DNA from: Alloascoidea hylecoeti
Lineage: Eukaryota
NCBI GenBank assembly: GCA_001600815.1
Contig: BCKZ01000010.1
Span: 79,527-143,526 of the forward strand
DNA length: 64,000 bases
Reading direction: 5' to 3'
Every line of letters begins with the position of its first letter. The stretch's first letter is position 1. The notes beneath the pieces were generated by a model. That model ran no database searches, had not been told where the DNA came from, and saw only the letters and a list, made by a program, of their open reading frames with translations. Positions 11,081-22,582 of the stretch are shown here, in pieces. A program made the position numbers and the translations under genes.

Positions 11081-13900
11081 TCAAAATTTTTCCCAAAATT
11101 CCTTTACCAATTTTATAAAATCATCATCATTACCAATATCCCAATATTTATGATTATTATTATTATTATTAAATTTATTGATTGATAAAGCTGAACCATT
11201 CAAAATTGATAATACTTCATTGGAATCACCATATAATCTACTTTCTAATTTCATTATAAGAACCATTATTGAAGATAAAATAATTTTTAAATCATTATTA
11301 AAAAAATCTTGATTTATTTGAAAATCATTATCATTATTTAAAGTTTGTCTTTTATTTAATAAAATTTCAAACATTTTAGAAGATCCTAATAATAAATCAA
11401 TTATTCTTGAACATAAATCAATTGATAAAATATTTGTAAATAAATTTAAAATAATTGTTGATAAATAAATTTCATTATTTAAATTCAATTTATTATTAAA
11501 ATGTAATGATAATTCATTAAAATTTTTAAATAATAATTCATTAAATGATTTTAAAAATTTATCTTTTAAAACAATTGATCCTGTATTTGTTTCCGTATCA
11601 TCTTTATCTAAATGATTTAAATTTAAAATTAAATTATCATCATCATCATTATTATTTGAATTAATAAATAATTTGAATAATGGACGATGTAATAAATTAC
11701 ATAAAGATATCCAAGTTTCAATTTCATCATCTAAATTTAATAATAATAAAGCAGCAATATTAATTATACCATTTGTTTGTTCATTATTATTTGTTTTTAA
11801 TAAAATTGATTTATTTAAATCAGAATTAAAACACCATGCATAAATAACATTTTTTAATTTTTCATAAAATAATTGTTTTGAATTATTAAAAATTGATAAA
11901 TCTTTAAAAGTATTTGATAAATATAAATTTATTTTTAAATTTAAATTTGAATAAATTTTAAAATCATTATATTTTAATCTTAATTTATTAATTTCATTTG
12001 CATTTATTGATGATGATGATGATGAAGATGATGAAGGTGATAATTTTTTAAAATAATTTTCTTCATTAAATAATTTAACTTCTTCAAATTTATCCATTGC
12101 TAAAAATAAACAATTTTGAAATTTATCAGATGATAAATTTAATTCATTACCAATTGAATTTGACCAAACAATACCTCTAAATTTTTCAGGTATACCTCTT
12201 AATATTAATTCATTATATTCAATTAAATCATCTTTGGATGGAGATGATATGAAATTAATTGTTGAATTTAAAGTTGAAGGTTTATAAAAGTTTATAAATT
12301 TATTATTCCATCTTTCATAATCTAAATGTCTTTGTAAATCTCTATTTTTTTTTAAAATTTCAATTTGTTTTTTTTTATTTTTTTCAATTTCAATACTTTT
12401 TTGTAACATTTTTTGAAATTCTTTTTGATGTTTTAAATCTTCTTTTTTTGCCTTTGGTGGTAACCAAGTTGGTCTTGTTTTTGATAAAACTTCTTCCTTT
12501 TCTTTCGATATTAAAAAAGCATCTTCAAAACCAGTTTTAATTGATAAATCTTGATGGGATTTACTATTAATTGAAGCATATTTTAAACGTTCCATAATTT
12601 CATCAGAATAATGAGATTGTGATTCTTCTTCTAATTCCTTCGTTAAATCTATTGTATCTGGAGATAAAGACATTAAGGTTTGATTCCAATATCTACCCTT
12701 TTCTTGTTGAACCGAAATACCAGAATGTGTAGGATTTTGAGCACCAATTGTACGCGCAGAATTTGATGAAGAGGAATTTGAATAAATAGATTCATGTGGA
12801 GATTCCATAATTGGAGCACTATTATTGCTGTTAAATGATTTTGGAGAAACTATATTAGTTGTTGATTTTGATTTCCAAGAAGAATAACTACCACCAGTAG
12901 TGTTTGACCTCGATTTTGATGATCTTGAGTTTGAATTCGAATTTGAGTTAGAACTTAATTTTAAGTTTATGTTTGACTTCGATTTTGACAATGATCTTGA
13001 TAAATTAGTAGAAGATTTCATAGATCTAGAGTTATAAAAAACCGTTGGAGTTGATAATGGAACATTAAACATAATTGTGTCAGCTGGAATATCTTCATCA
13101 TCAGATATATATCGATCATCATCAGCAGATTCAACAACTTTTTTCTTACTGGAAGCTGCAGCAGCTTTTGTGAGTTGTAATTTCTGGGCCGGGGTGAAGG
13201 GTTGTAGCGAAGCAGACCTTGGAGTTGCATGGAAAAGAGTAGAGGCGGATGTTGCAGCCCTGAGATTTAATGGAGAAGGTCTTCTATGTTTGAACTTTAA
13301 AGAATGTTTCGAGTCCATTTGTTCACTCAGTTTTTGACCAGATTTTTCACCTGAAGGTGGAGAAGCCAGTTGAACGTTGATGTTGATCTTAGTTGATAAA
13401 TGATTCATGGTTGAGTGACATTTTGGGTGTTTGTAGATTGCATTTGCAGGTGAAACCGAGTTGGAAACCTCGTCGTCCGAGTCTGAGTCCGATTCAGAAG
13501 GTGAGTTGTGGTCCTGGTCGGTGAAAGTGCTGTTGGCTGTACTGGCAGAAGAAGATTCGGTGAACGAGGAGTCCCCGGAAGTGGGTCTGGATTTGGCGGT
13601 TCCGTCACTATTTAGGCGCAGTTTGGGTTTATATTTTGCGAAGGAGGCCAGGTCGGCCTGGGAGAACGGACGGGACGAGGGTTCGGGGGAGTTCTCGGGG
13701 GAGTTCTCGGGGGAGTGCTTGGGGGAGTGCTTGGGGGAGTGCTTGGGGGAGTGTGTGATGGATGCAGGCTTAGCAATGAGAGAGGTGGTGGTTCTGTTGA
13801 GGGACTTATACCTGAGGCTGTCCTGGAGATCAACGTCCTCGAAGTCTCCGTCGAAAACGGCAAACCCCGGGTGGTCCTGGACTGAGCTGGGGGTAAACAT
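11081..13900 (-). CDS. SBE2: Sbe2/Sbe22-like protein with a degenerate Rab-GAP TBC domain (TBC1D12/14-like)
   Basis: Motifs TRPTWLPPK..EDLKHQKEFQKM, GIPEKFRGIVWSNSIGNEL and IAALLLLN. First ATG is at 13900 (the ORF track starts at a TTG). Confidence 0.75.
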   Translation of the reverse strand: MFTPSSVQDHPGFAVFDGDFEDVDLQDSLRYKSLNRTTTSLIAKPASITHSPKHSPKHSPKHSPENSPENSPEPSSRPFSQADLASFAKYKPKLRLNSDGTAKSRPTSGDSSFTESSSASTANSTFTDQDHNSPSESDSDSDDEVSNSVSPANAIYKHPKCHSTMNHLSTKININVQLASPPSGEKSGQKLSEQMDSKHSLKFKHRRPSPLNLRAATSASTLFHATPRSASLQPFTPAQKLQLTKAAAASSKKKVVESADDDRYISDDEDIPADTIMFNVPLSTPTVFYNSRSMKSSTNLSRSLSKSKSNINLKLSSNSNSNSNSRSSKSRSNTTGGSYSSWKSKSTTNIVSPKSFNSNNSAPIMESPHESIYSNSSSSNSARTIGAQNPTHSGISVQQEKGRYWNQTLMSLSPDTIDLTKELEEESQSHYSDEIMERLKYASINSKSHQDLSIKTGFEDAFLISKEKEEVLSKTRPTWLPPKAKKEDLKHQKEFQKMLQKSIEIEKNKKKQIEILKKNRDLQRHLDYERWNNKFINFYKPSTLNSTINFISSPSKDDLIEYNELILRGIPEKFRGIVWSNSIGNELNLSSDKFQNCLFLAMDKFEEVKLFNEENYFKKLSPSSSSSSSSSINANEINKLRLKYNDFKIYSNLNLKINLYLSNTFKDLSIFNNSKQLFYEKLKNVIYAWCFNSDLNKSILLKTNNNEQTNGIINIAALLLLNLDDEIETWISLCNLLHRPLFKLFINSNNNDDDDNLILNLNHLDKDDTETNTGSIVLKDKFLKSFNELLFKNFNELSLHFNNKLNLNNEIYLSTIILNLFTNILSIDLCSRIIDLLLGSSKMFEILLNKRQTLNNDNDFQINQDFFNNDLKIILSSIMVLIMKLESRLYGDSNEVLSILNGSALSINKFNNNNNNHKYWDIGNDDDFIKLVKEFWEKF
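13683..13753. repeat. 12-bp coding minisatellite (HSPK x3, then SPEN-type units)
   Basis: GGGGGAGTGCTT / GGGGGAGTTCTC units in tandem. Confidence 0.9.
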
Positions 13901-14469
13901 AAGAGGCACGAAAGAAAGAATGGAGTGGGTGTGTGCGTCTGTCAACAATCTGGAAAGAAATTAGAAGAAGCTACAAATCTCAACTAGTTGTGGAATGAGA
14001 GGCACGTGCCCGGTTTGAGGCGCACGCACGTGGATGTTCCGTTAGGTAAGCCCCTACTGCGATCTGCCTGCAGCAGCATCCTTCACTCTTCCTGGCTTCC
14101 AAGGAAGGTTAAAAAATTAGAACATTGAACGTTGGAAAAAGAGGAAGTAAATATTCTTGTTTTATATATCGGTGGATCCGTGGAAACTATAGACGATATC
14201 CTAATTACACTTCTATTTGGATTCAAAAATGTTATATCTAGGACAAATGACAAACCGTTTGGAATCAGAATATAATAACAATAAAAATGAGAATTAGCTC
14301 TGTGAATACAATAACGATCACATTAGAAAGGATTGTGTTGATTAAAGTATATATACGGGAATCAAATAAAAGATAAACTCAGCTATGAATCTACTTAATA
14401 TAACATATACACAGTATACATTGTATACAGACTTTTCCGACCCTTCCTGTACCTACCGAATATTTCCTC

Positions 14470-16202
14470 TTAATAATAGATCAAAAATCGTCCGTTTCGT
14501 ACGTCTGTCTTCAGTGATTCAACATAATCAGCGTTACTTTTATTGGTATTAGAACCATGGACACAAATGGCTTGTATTTTCATTAATGCTTTTTTAAATA
14601 CATTTATGTTTGGTACTTGTGTTTGTGGTTTTAACTCAATTTTAAATTCCATTTCATAAAATCTTGATAAGTAACAGGTTTCAAAATTCGGAACTAGATA
14701 AGAACTTAAAAAGGATATTTCAATGTTTAAAACTTTTTCATAGATGGTTTTATCCGTTTTAGGATCATAGTGCGCTATCCATCCATTCCAATTATGAATA
14801 TCTTCTTTGTAGCCAAGTTTACTATCACTGAAGCCATCCAATTTTAAAATGTTCTCCGTATCAAATTTCACAGAACGACCAACAATATCATTTGTAGCAT
14901 CCCGAATTTTATATTCTAGAGGGCATTCTCTTAAATCCTTATATGTGTTTAAAGATAACTCGGACATTGCTATGGTAGTATGGACTTGTAAGTGTGGTTC
15001 CACTGATGTGATAAGTGGTGGAGCCTCTGGTACTCCATCAATCAATCTTGGAGTATAAATGAACTTCATCGGATATACCAAATATCCAGAGGGGCTGGTA
15101 CTTCCTTTCGGATGTACTTTAGAGTTTAAAGAAAGGTCATAAATTCCTTTGGGTACTGTGTCCGGTGAAAATAGAATTGGATCAGGACGAGGTGTAATCA
15201 CTTTGATTGTTGAAAATATCTTTGGTTTCCCCGCTAGCCATTTAAAATGTTTATAAAAATATAACTTCCCTGTTTTAGAATCTATGTAATGAATAGTTTT
15301 ATATTTCATACTATCATTTGAAGTTCCATAGATATTGGTAGCCGATATATATTTAGTCATATCGAGATACGATTGCAACAGGTAAGGAGAAAGTGCAGGA
15401 TATGAAGGGACAATTTTAAAGGAACGATATGCCGTCATTGATTTAATTTGTTGTGTGTCTTCATGCTCATTATCAAGTGTAACACAGTTTTCGATTCTGG
15501 CTTCAAAATAATAAGTATTGCTAACATTGATATGTGGGCGATTATATTGTCGGAGAATATCTTGTTTAAAATTATTAGTTAAAGCGTCAGCTGCAGAGGT
15601 ACGACACATATGAGATCGATTTCTAGTGAAATTGTCTAATTTTGACTTAAGATTAAGACTACCATAAAATTTTTGTTGGCGATTGTTAGGCCTGGAGATG
15701 GAGTAGTGATGTATATGATTTCGAAAATATTTATTGATATTCATAGGATTATAATAGAAATTTCCTTCAAAACTAGGAGGTAATCGATTATGGAGCTGGT
15801 TATCAAGACATGGTTCCAATAGTTTCTCGGGAATAACAAAGGTAAAAGGTATCATATAACTCTAACAAGCTAAAGCAATATAATGCTTGCGACCATCAGT
15901 TCCAGTCGTTAAGTTTGGAGAATATTTAGAAGATTCTTCATGATAATTTTCCATTATTTTGAAATTAATATAGTGCTTTTTACATTTATTGCTGTCGTGT
16001 TCAAATTTGCTGATATTTCCTTTCATACATACTGTTATATCATCAAATAGAAAGGTATTTTTAGGGGTTAGATTAACCCACCCACGAATAGTCTCACCTG
16101 GGAGATAAAACTTTATGTAATAGTGGATCTCTATACTGATCTGTTCATCATCTGATTTTCTCATTTGAAAAGTATTTTCCGTCCCCAATTATTGGATCCC
16201 AT
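14470..16202 (-). pseudogene. Arrestin/Bul1-like adaptor gene interrupted by one in-frame TAG (15862-15864)
   Basis: N-domain YLPGETIRGWVNL, junction ALAC*SYMIPFTFVIPEKLL..LPPSF, C-terminal YLVPNFETCYLSRFY. The two annotated ORFs are in the same frame. Confidence 0.75.
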
Positions 16203-16960
16203 TTCTTAAGAAGAGTGGAAAAAGGAAGCAGAGTTTAGAGAAAGGTGAGTTAGTTCTGATAGAAAGTTGTAGCGAGCACAATAAAATATATTTTATGTAA
16301 CGACAATTTATTTAACCTTAATTCGGTCCCTGCGTCTTTGTACATGTACAGTCTAGTAATATACAACACTAAACAGTAAATAATATTATATTATGAATTG
16401 AATGAATATATTATAGATGATGTTGAAATATATTTATAATATGAAGCAAACATGTGAAAAGAGGAGAAATAAATACACCTTTTACGAAGTTTTTTTAAAA
16501 AGGGTGTAAACACTGTAAACTACAAAACAATGAAAGACAAAGATTTAAAAAAATTTAATCGATGGAATATTGATTGCTTTTATTTTTTTGTGCTCAATCC
16601 TTATCATAATTAGTATTATGCATAGTACCTATTATCATTGCTAGGTAATAGGTATTACTATATTAATGTGTTTTTATAGCTAGCTGTATTATCTGTAGTT
16701 ATACCAAGCTCTAATATTATATCGCATTTTTATATTGGTAAGAATTAGATTAAATTGTTCATGAAGCGTTTTTATATTCATTTAGAAATAGATATTTCTT
16801 GAATTCTTATAATTTGATATTATTTATAAAACACCATTGCAATCAAACAACAAATTTAAATTTAAAACAACTGTACAAGTACCTAATATATCTTTTTATT
16901 CACACAAAATTCCCGAATAAAACTCAGCAATTCTTCTATCAGACTTATAGCCACCAAGTG

Positions 16961-17221
16961 TTAATCATGATTTACCAGCTGTAGCCGAGGGGAAGGGTAA
17001 GTTGCGGTTGTTTGAGGTGTTGAAGTTGAAGTTGAAGTTGAAGTTGAAGTTGAAGTTGAAGTTGAAGTTGAAGTTGAAGTTGAAGTTGAAGTTGAAGTTG
17101 AAGTTGAAGTTTTTCGGACATCATTCTCTACCAAGTTTCGATTGTGAATATCAATACCAAGTAGAGCGTAAAGAAATAAAACTGCAAGTATTCGACAACT
17201 TGAGCATGATAGCGCTGACAT
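16961..17221 (-). CDS. Possible small secreted or anchored Ser/Thr-rich peptide
   Basis: ATG at 17221, hydrophobic ILAVLFLYALLGI, then (TS)n from the hexamer repeat. May be spurious because the repeat keeps the frame open. Confidence 0.25.
   Translation of the reverse strand: MSALSCSSCRILAVLFLYALLGIDIHNRNLVENDVRKTSTSTSTSTSTSTSTSTSTSTSTSTSTSTSTPQTTATYPSPRLQLVNHD
17019..17111. repeat. Perfect (GTTGAA)15 hexanucleotide microsatellite
   Basis: Counted directly: 15 units plus GTT. Confidence 0.97.
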
Positions 17222-17711
17222 TGTATTTACAACTCTTCCAGGATTGATAAAACCTTTTGTAGAAAACTTCTCCGGAAACAAACATTAATCGGCGATGTTT
17301 ATACTTGGATCCAGAGCGAATGTGGTATTGTGGATAATTTTCCAGGGTCAAAATTTTAGAATCCACCAATGCGACATATGAGTTAGAAGAACCATTAACC
17401 TAATTTTGACAGTATTTTATATTGAGTGTAAAGTACAGAGCGTACGCAGGAAAATACACAAACTAAGAAGAGGATATAAAGAATGGTATTTTTACCTGTC
17501 ATCTTACTTGTAGTATCTATTGTGTTACATATTGTATTTGAACTTTGTGGACATTTCCTGAGAGGACTGGAATAGTAATTATAACAACGGTAATTATGAT
17601 AAAAATTGAGAAGAAAATAAAAACAATCAATATAGCATGATAATATGATTGTCAGTTATACATAACATTGATTAAATATATATTATATTTAATAACAGCA
17701 ATTAGTGTAAT

Positions 17712-18761
17712 TTAAAGACTCATTTTTTCTAAATCATCTGAAGCGCTTTGTAACATTTTTAAACCTCTTTTATTAAAAAGTGATTGAAATTTCGGACTAC
17801 TCGATAAAATTGGTGAACCAACAACAGGTGAAATAGCTCTTCTTTTAGCAGCATTTGGTGAAGAATTTGCACTAATATCATCATCAATACCGATCTTTCT
17901 TTTTGGTCGATCTTCCAAAGTCATCATCAAAACAGGTGTCATTGGTGCAGGATATGGTGACATTGATGTATCATTATTACAATCTCTTAATTGATTTTCA
18001 CTTCTATTATTTAAAGTTTGAGAGTGAGATGTTGTAGATTTTGAAGTTCTTGATGCATTCCATGTTTCATTTGCCTTTGAACATACAACTGATTTTTGTA
18101 AAGTATCGTTTTCATTAATTTTATTATAATCTAGAGACATATAAGGTGGTAATTGTGTTCTAATATTTTTTGAATTATTCCCCTTTTCTTTTTCATCATC
18201 TTCTTTTTCTTTAAAATTGTGATGATTTGCCCACGCTGAGAAATAGGATTCATCTTCTTTAAACGCAGATGTGACTGCTAATTCATGTTTAATTTCATAA
18301 TCTAATGGCATTTTTTCTTCTTGTAATTCTAAAGATATTCTTTTAAAACTTTTTAACTGTGGTTTAAAAGAATGTGCTCTTGATACTAAGCGTTGATGTA
18401 CAACAGGCGAAGGACTTTTAATATTATTTGATTGGGTTTTATTATCTGTAGTAGTATAGTTTAATTTATTAGAAATTGTACCAATATGATTTGACTTTGT
18501 ACCTTGTTCATGTTCATGTTCATGTTCATGCTGATGTTCATTATTATTTTTTATCTGATCATTGAATGATCTTTGATTATCTATATATTTAGAATCATTT
18601 GCTATTTGTAATGGTTTTGTTAAAGGAGAAGGGGATTTTGTTGTTGATTTAAATTCACCTAATTTTAATTTATCCATAGAAGCAGATGAATTCCTTAGAG
18701 CTAATCCTAAAGTACTACTGTTAGGATTTTTTGATTTAAAAAAGTTACTCCAATGAGAGAC

Positions 18762-18797
<36 letters not shown>

Positions 18798-19595
18798 TGG
18801 GGAAACCAAATCGTATTTATTTGAAGAAAAGGAGGATTTAAGATTCGAATTGGGAAATAAAGGTTGTTGATTGTTACTTGCGTTTGAGGATCCAGAATTA
18901 CTATAGAAAGAACTGTTATCGGAATCCATACGGAAGATTTCAGCACTAGTGCTATTTCGCCATCGTTCTGAATCAACAGACATAAAACTGTTTCTTCTGC
19001 CATCTGAGTCGAATGAGGTTCTTCCATCGCTTTCATCACCTTCATTTTCGGTTTCCGAAGATAATTCCACGCGGTCTGCATCATCGCAATTAGTTAACTC
19101 GCTCTCTAAACCTAAAGAGGAGACGCTTGAACATGCACCAAAATGAAAGGGGACCGGAGAGTCCAAAGTAGTAGATTTTCTGCGAGGGTTATGGAATTGG
19201 CCTGTTAAGGTGTGTGTGGATCCATGAGAACCCATCGGGGTATTGAGATTTAAGGGATAACTGGGGATATGGGAGTGCGAAGGATGATGACCGTGAAACA
19301 TAGATATAGGAGTTTTGGGGGATGAGTCCGGGGTACTGAAAGCAGTCGAGACTTGGGATAAATTAGACGGACGGTGTTGATTCAAGGAGTTGACTGTGCC
19401 AAAAGTATGTGGCCAGGCACCCAGACTGTTAAAAGTGGAGCATGACGGATTGGTAGTTGCACCCGTGGTAGTTAGACCGGTGGTGTTGGTGGCTGGCCGG
19501 GAGACATGTACCTTTTTGGTGGGGGGTTGCAGTTTGGGGAAGACCTGAGGTTGCTGGGTGTGGGTGTGGGTCGTGGGTGGTGCCGGGTGCTTCAT
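17712..19595 (-). CDS. Conserved fungal hypothetical, mostly disordered protein
   Basis: 627 aa. Short blocks PQLKSFKRISLELQEEKMPLDYEIKHE, KRRAISP..SP and terminal DDLEKMSL match my recollection of an uncharacterised ascomycete family. Confidence 0.8.
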
Positions 19596-19684
19596 TGCAT
19601 ATTGCTTCCCTGTGGATGTCTTGATAAAAAGTCCATCTGAAGTTACCCGGCCTCCCTATGGGTGACTGGAGGTTCCAATCGCGA

Positions 19685-19749
19685 TGTTTCAAAATAAGGT
19701 TCCTACTAGTTGCCTAATCGGTCATACCTATCTGTTTTTACCCGTTTCA
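19685..19749 (+). promoter_or_regulatory. STE3 upstream elements: two Ste12 PRE-like sites flanking an Mcm1-like site
   Basis: TGTTTCA (reverse complement of TGAAACA) at 19685-19691, CGTTTCA at 19743-19749, and TTGCCTAATCGGTCAT at 19710-19725. Confidence 0.55.
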
Positions 19750-19928
19750 TCTCTACAATTTACATGGGTTAATACGATAAATATGATACTCTATATTTGA
19801 TCTAAATATACGCTATTCAAATACTCTTTTGCTGTTTTTTTCTTTCTTCTCTGTACTTTTCAATTCTTCTTCTTCTATACCCGGCGTCTTTTTTTGTTAT
19901 TTCATTCAGTTCGAACATTCTTAAGAAT

Positions 19929-21581
19929 ATGGGTTTTCAAGCGGCTTTAGGTACTCTCTCCTTTTTTGCTGTGATTTTGATTATTCCACCCTTATGCTGG
20001 CACATAAAATCTGGAAATATTCCTGCAACTTGTTTAATTATTTGGACTTTAATAATGTGCCTTAAAACGTTTTGTGATAATATTGTCTGGGGCTCAAGCT
20101 CAACTTTCGAAACCGCTTGGGATGGTCACATTTATTGTGATATTATGAATAGGATACAAGCTTCTTTTCAAATGGGTATTTTATGTGCCGTTCTTGGTAT
20201 TATACGACGACTATATCTAATAATGTCAATGTCAAAATCTGGTCTAACTATGAAAAAATGGCAAAAAGTTTTAATAGAATTGGCAATTGCTTTTCTAATG
20301 CCAATTTATATTATAATTGCTGTTTCTGCTTTTCAAAGTGTTCGTTATTTTATTTTAAAATATGGTGGTTGTCAATTTTCTTATACTGCAACTTTAAAAG
20401 GTGTCTTTATGTATTCAATTTGGCAAGTTATTATTAGTCTTGTTTGTTCATATTATGCAATTTTAACTCTAAGATTATATTTCAAACAAAAAAAGGATTT
20501 TAAAGATATCTTACATTGTACAAATTCTGGTCTTAATGCTTCAAGATTCTTAAGATTATTGGTCTTTTGCTTTATAATTATAATGGTTATGTTTCCCTTA
20601 GCACTTTTTGGTTTCATTAGAGATATTTTCTCAGTTGTTGCGTCCCATAAATATCATATTAATACAAATACAGCTCATAAACATTGGAAAAAGATTTTTA
20701 AATTAAATTCATCTCAACCTTATTTTGATAGATGGATATATATTTCAATCGCTTATATTACTTTTATACTATTTGGTTTAGGTAATGATGCTAGAGAAAT
20801 GTATCAAATATGGTTAAGAAAATTTGGTTTAGGTAAATTTATTGATAAATATCAAAAAAATAAACAAAAAAGAATGAAAAAGAATAGATCTATAATGCTT
20901 AAAGGTATTCCGAATTATTTTTCAAAAAAAAATATGATTGAAACATCTAAATCTAGATCTAAAACTAATAATTATGATAATAATCCATTTTCTGATAGTA
21001 ATAATCTAGAAAATGGTAAGTTTAAGAAAACTCGATTTCCAAAAGGATCAGAAAAAGCATTTCTCAAACCTTGTGGTTCACTTGAGTCCATTTTATCTTC
21101 TTCTTCTTCTTCTTCTACACAAATGGATGATGATTCTAGAAAAAGTTATAATTCATCTTCAACGATGGATGAAACAACTCTTGTTGCTAAAGATGAATCA
21201 CCGACTTCACCTGAATCTCCACAATTCTATTTACATACCCAAGTTCAATTACAACAATTTATCATGAATAATGATAATGATGGGATATCACAACCAATTT
21301 CAAATTTAAATATTTCTTGTGAAGATCCATACCATAATTTTAGATTTCCTCCTATGAATAAATATCAAGAACAATATACTGATAATCATTCAATTTCATC
21401 AGAATCTAATCAAAAACAAACACAACATGAAATTTCTCAACTTGTCTATACACATCCACATGTTCAATCTTCAAGACATACACCTTTTAATACATCTCCA
21501 GATACTGAATCTCATGCTCCATCTCCATTGAGGATAAGAACAAATGTATCAGATCTTGGTCTGTCACATTCAAAATTATAA
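19929..21581 (+). CDS. STE3: a-factor pheromone receptor (7-TM, STE3 family)
   Basis: PPLCWHIKSGNIPA, WDGHIYCDI, KDILHCTNSGLNASRFLRLL and FGLGNDA motifs. Seven hydrophobic segments. Confidence 0.97.
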   Translation: MGFQAALGTLSFFAVILIIPPLCWHIKSGNIPATCLIIWTLIMCLKTFCDNIVWGSSSTFETAWDGHIYCDIMNRIQASFQMGILCAVLGIIRRLYLIMSMSKSGLTMKKWQKVLIELAIAFLMPIYIIIAVSAFQSVRYFILKYGGCQFSYTATLKGVFMYSIWQVIISLVCSYYAILTLRLYFKQKKDFKDILHCTNSGLNASRFLRLLVFCFIIIMVMFPLALFGFIRDIFSVVASHKYHINTNTAHKHWKKIFKLNSSQPYFDRWIYISIAYITFILFGLGNDAREMYQIWLRKFGLGKFIDKYQKNKQKRMKKNRSIMLKGIPNYFSKKNMIETSKSRSKTNNYDNNPFSDSNNLENGKFKKTRFPKGSEKAFLKPCGSLESILSSSSSSSTQMDDDSRKSYNSSSTMDETTLVAKDESPTSPESPQFYLHTQVQLQQFIMNNDNDGISQPISNLNISCEDPYHNFRFPPMNKYQEQYTDNHSISSESNQKQTQHEISQLVYTHPHVQSSRHTPFNTSPDTESHAPSPLRIRTNVSDLGLSHSKL

Positions 21582-22582
21582 AAATTCTAATTCTAATTCT
21601 ATGATATATAATTATTAAAGTGTATCTATTATCATGCATGTGGGTATTTTTAACATGCTTTTATTTTAAAATTTTGTTCCTGTTATAATTATATTCTGTA
21701 ATTATAAATTTGTTTCCGTTTTCTATTTCTATTCTTGAGATTTAGTTAAGATATACTATCTATCAGCAATATACATATAGCTATACATAATAATATATAT
21801 ATAACCTAATTTAAGTTTTGAAAAGTAAAATTTCAGTTAGTTTATAATTAGTAGGTAGCAGTATATTAAATTAAACCATTAATATATAATTATTGAAGTT
21901 TGTTCATTCAGCTTACCATTATTTACTTTTTCTACGTGTTGTATAAGCTGTTTCCACTTTCTTGCGGTATTAGCTTCCACTGATAAATATGGTACAATTG
22001 TTTGGATATGACCTTGAACTCTCAGCTATGGCTAAAATTTGGGTATTTGGCACTTTTGAGTTCATATAATTCATATAATTATCATGTAAGTAAAGAGTTG
22101 CATTGTATTATTCATATGTCATGCATATTTTATAATATAATTAATTAATATAAATTCCATTTGAAAATTTTCATCTTAAGCTTTGTTATCTTTACAATTG
22201 AGTATTCATGTTATAGTCTTAAATTCATTTATTAAATCTCCTTTATATAAATAAGTAAGGAACGCTAAATAGATGAATCAAGTTTAAAACTTCCCCATAA
22301 TCGGAGAACACAATTGCAATAAAAATACACATGGTAACAACAAAAAAGGGAGTTCTTAAAGCTCTCAAAAAGAGGAAAAAATAAAAGCAATACTAGGAAA
22401 TTTTTTAGCAGGGGGATATTTTTTCTATTAACCAATTCTTTTCTCGTTCTTCTCTTTTTACCATAGTTCAAATCTAAAAAAGGTAATTATTCAAAAATCG
22501 ATTAATACAAAAAACGAAAGGGTGATTCGTGTTATACATCAATCCACGACCAAACTCAAAAAAAACCAATAGATTTAATAAT

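Noticed and set aside
13461..13964. 167-aa plus-strand ORF with GECL repeats, and other overlapping ORFs at 13.0-13.9 kb
   Set aside because: Antisense or alternative-frame shadows of the GC-rich 5' end of the SBE2-like gene.
17002..17247. (LK)n ORF
   Set aside because: Artefact of the GTTGAA repeat; starts at TTG.
19929..21581. STE3 as a marker of a mating-type locus
   Set aside because: No MAT alpha/a genes, SLA2 or other MAT-linked genes and no cassette repeats are visible in the window.
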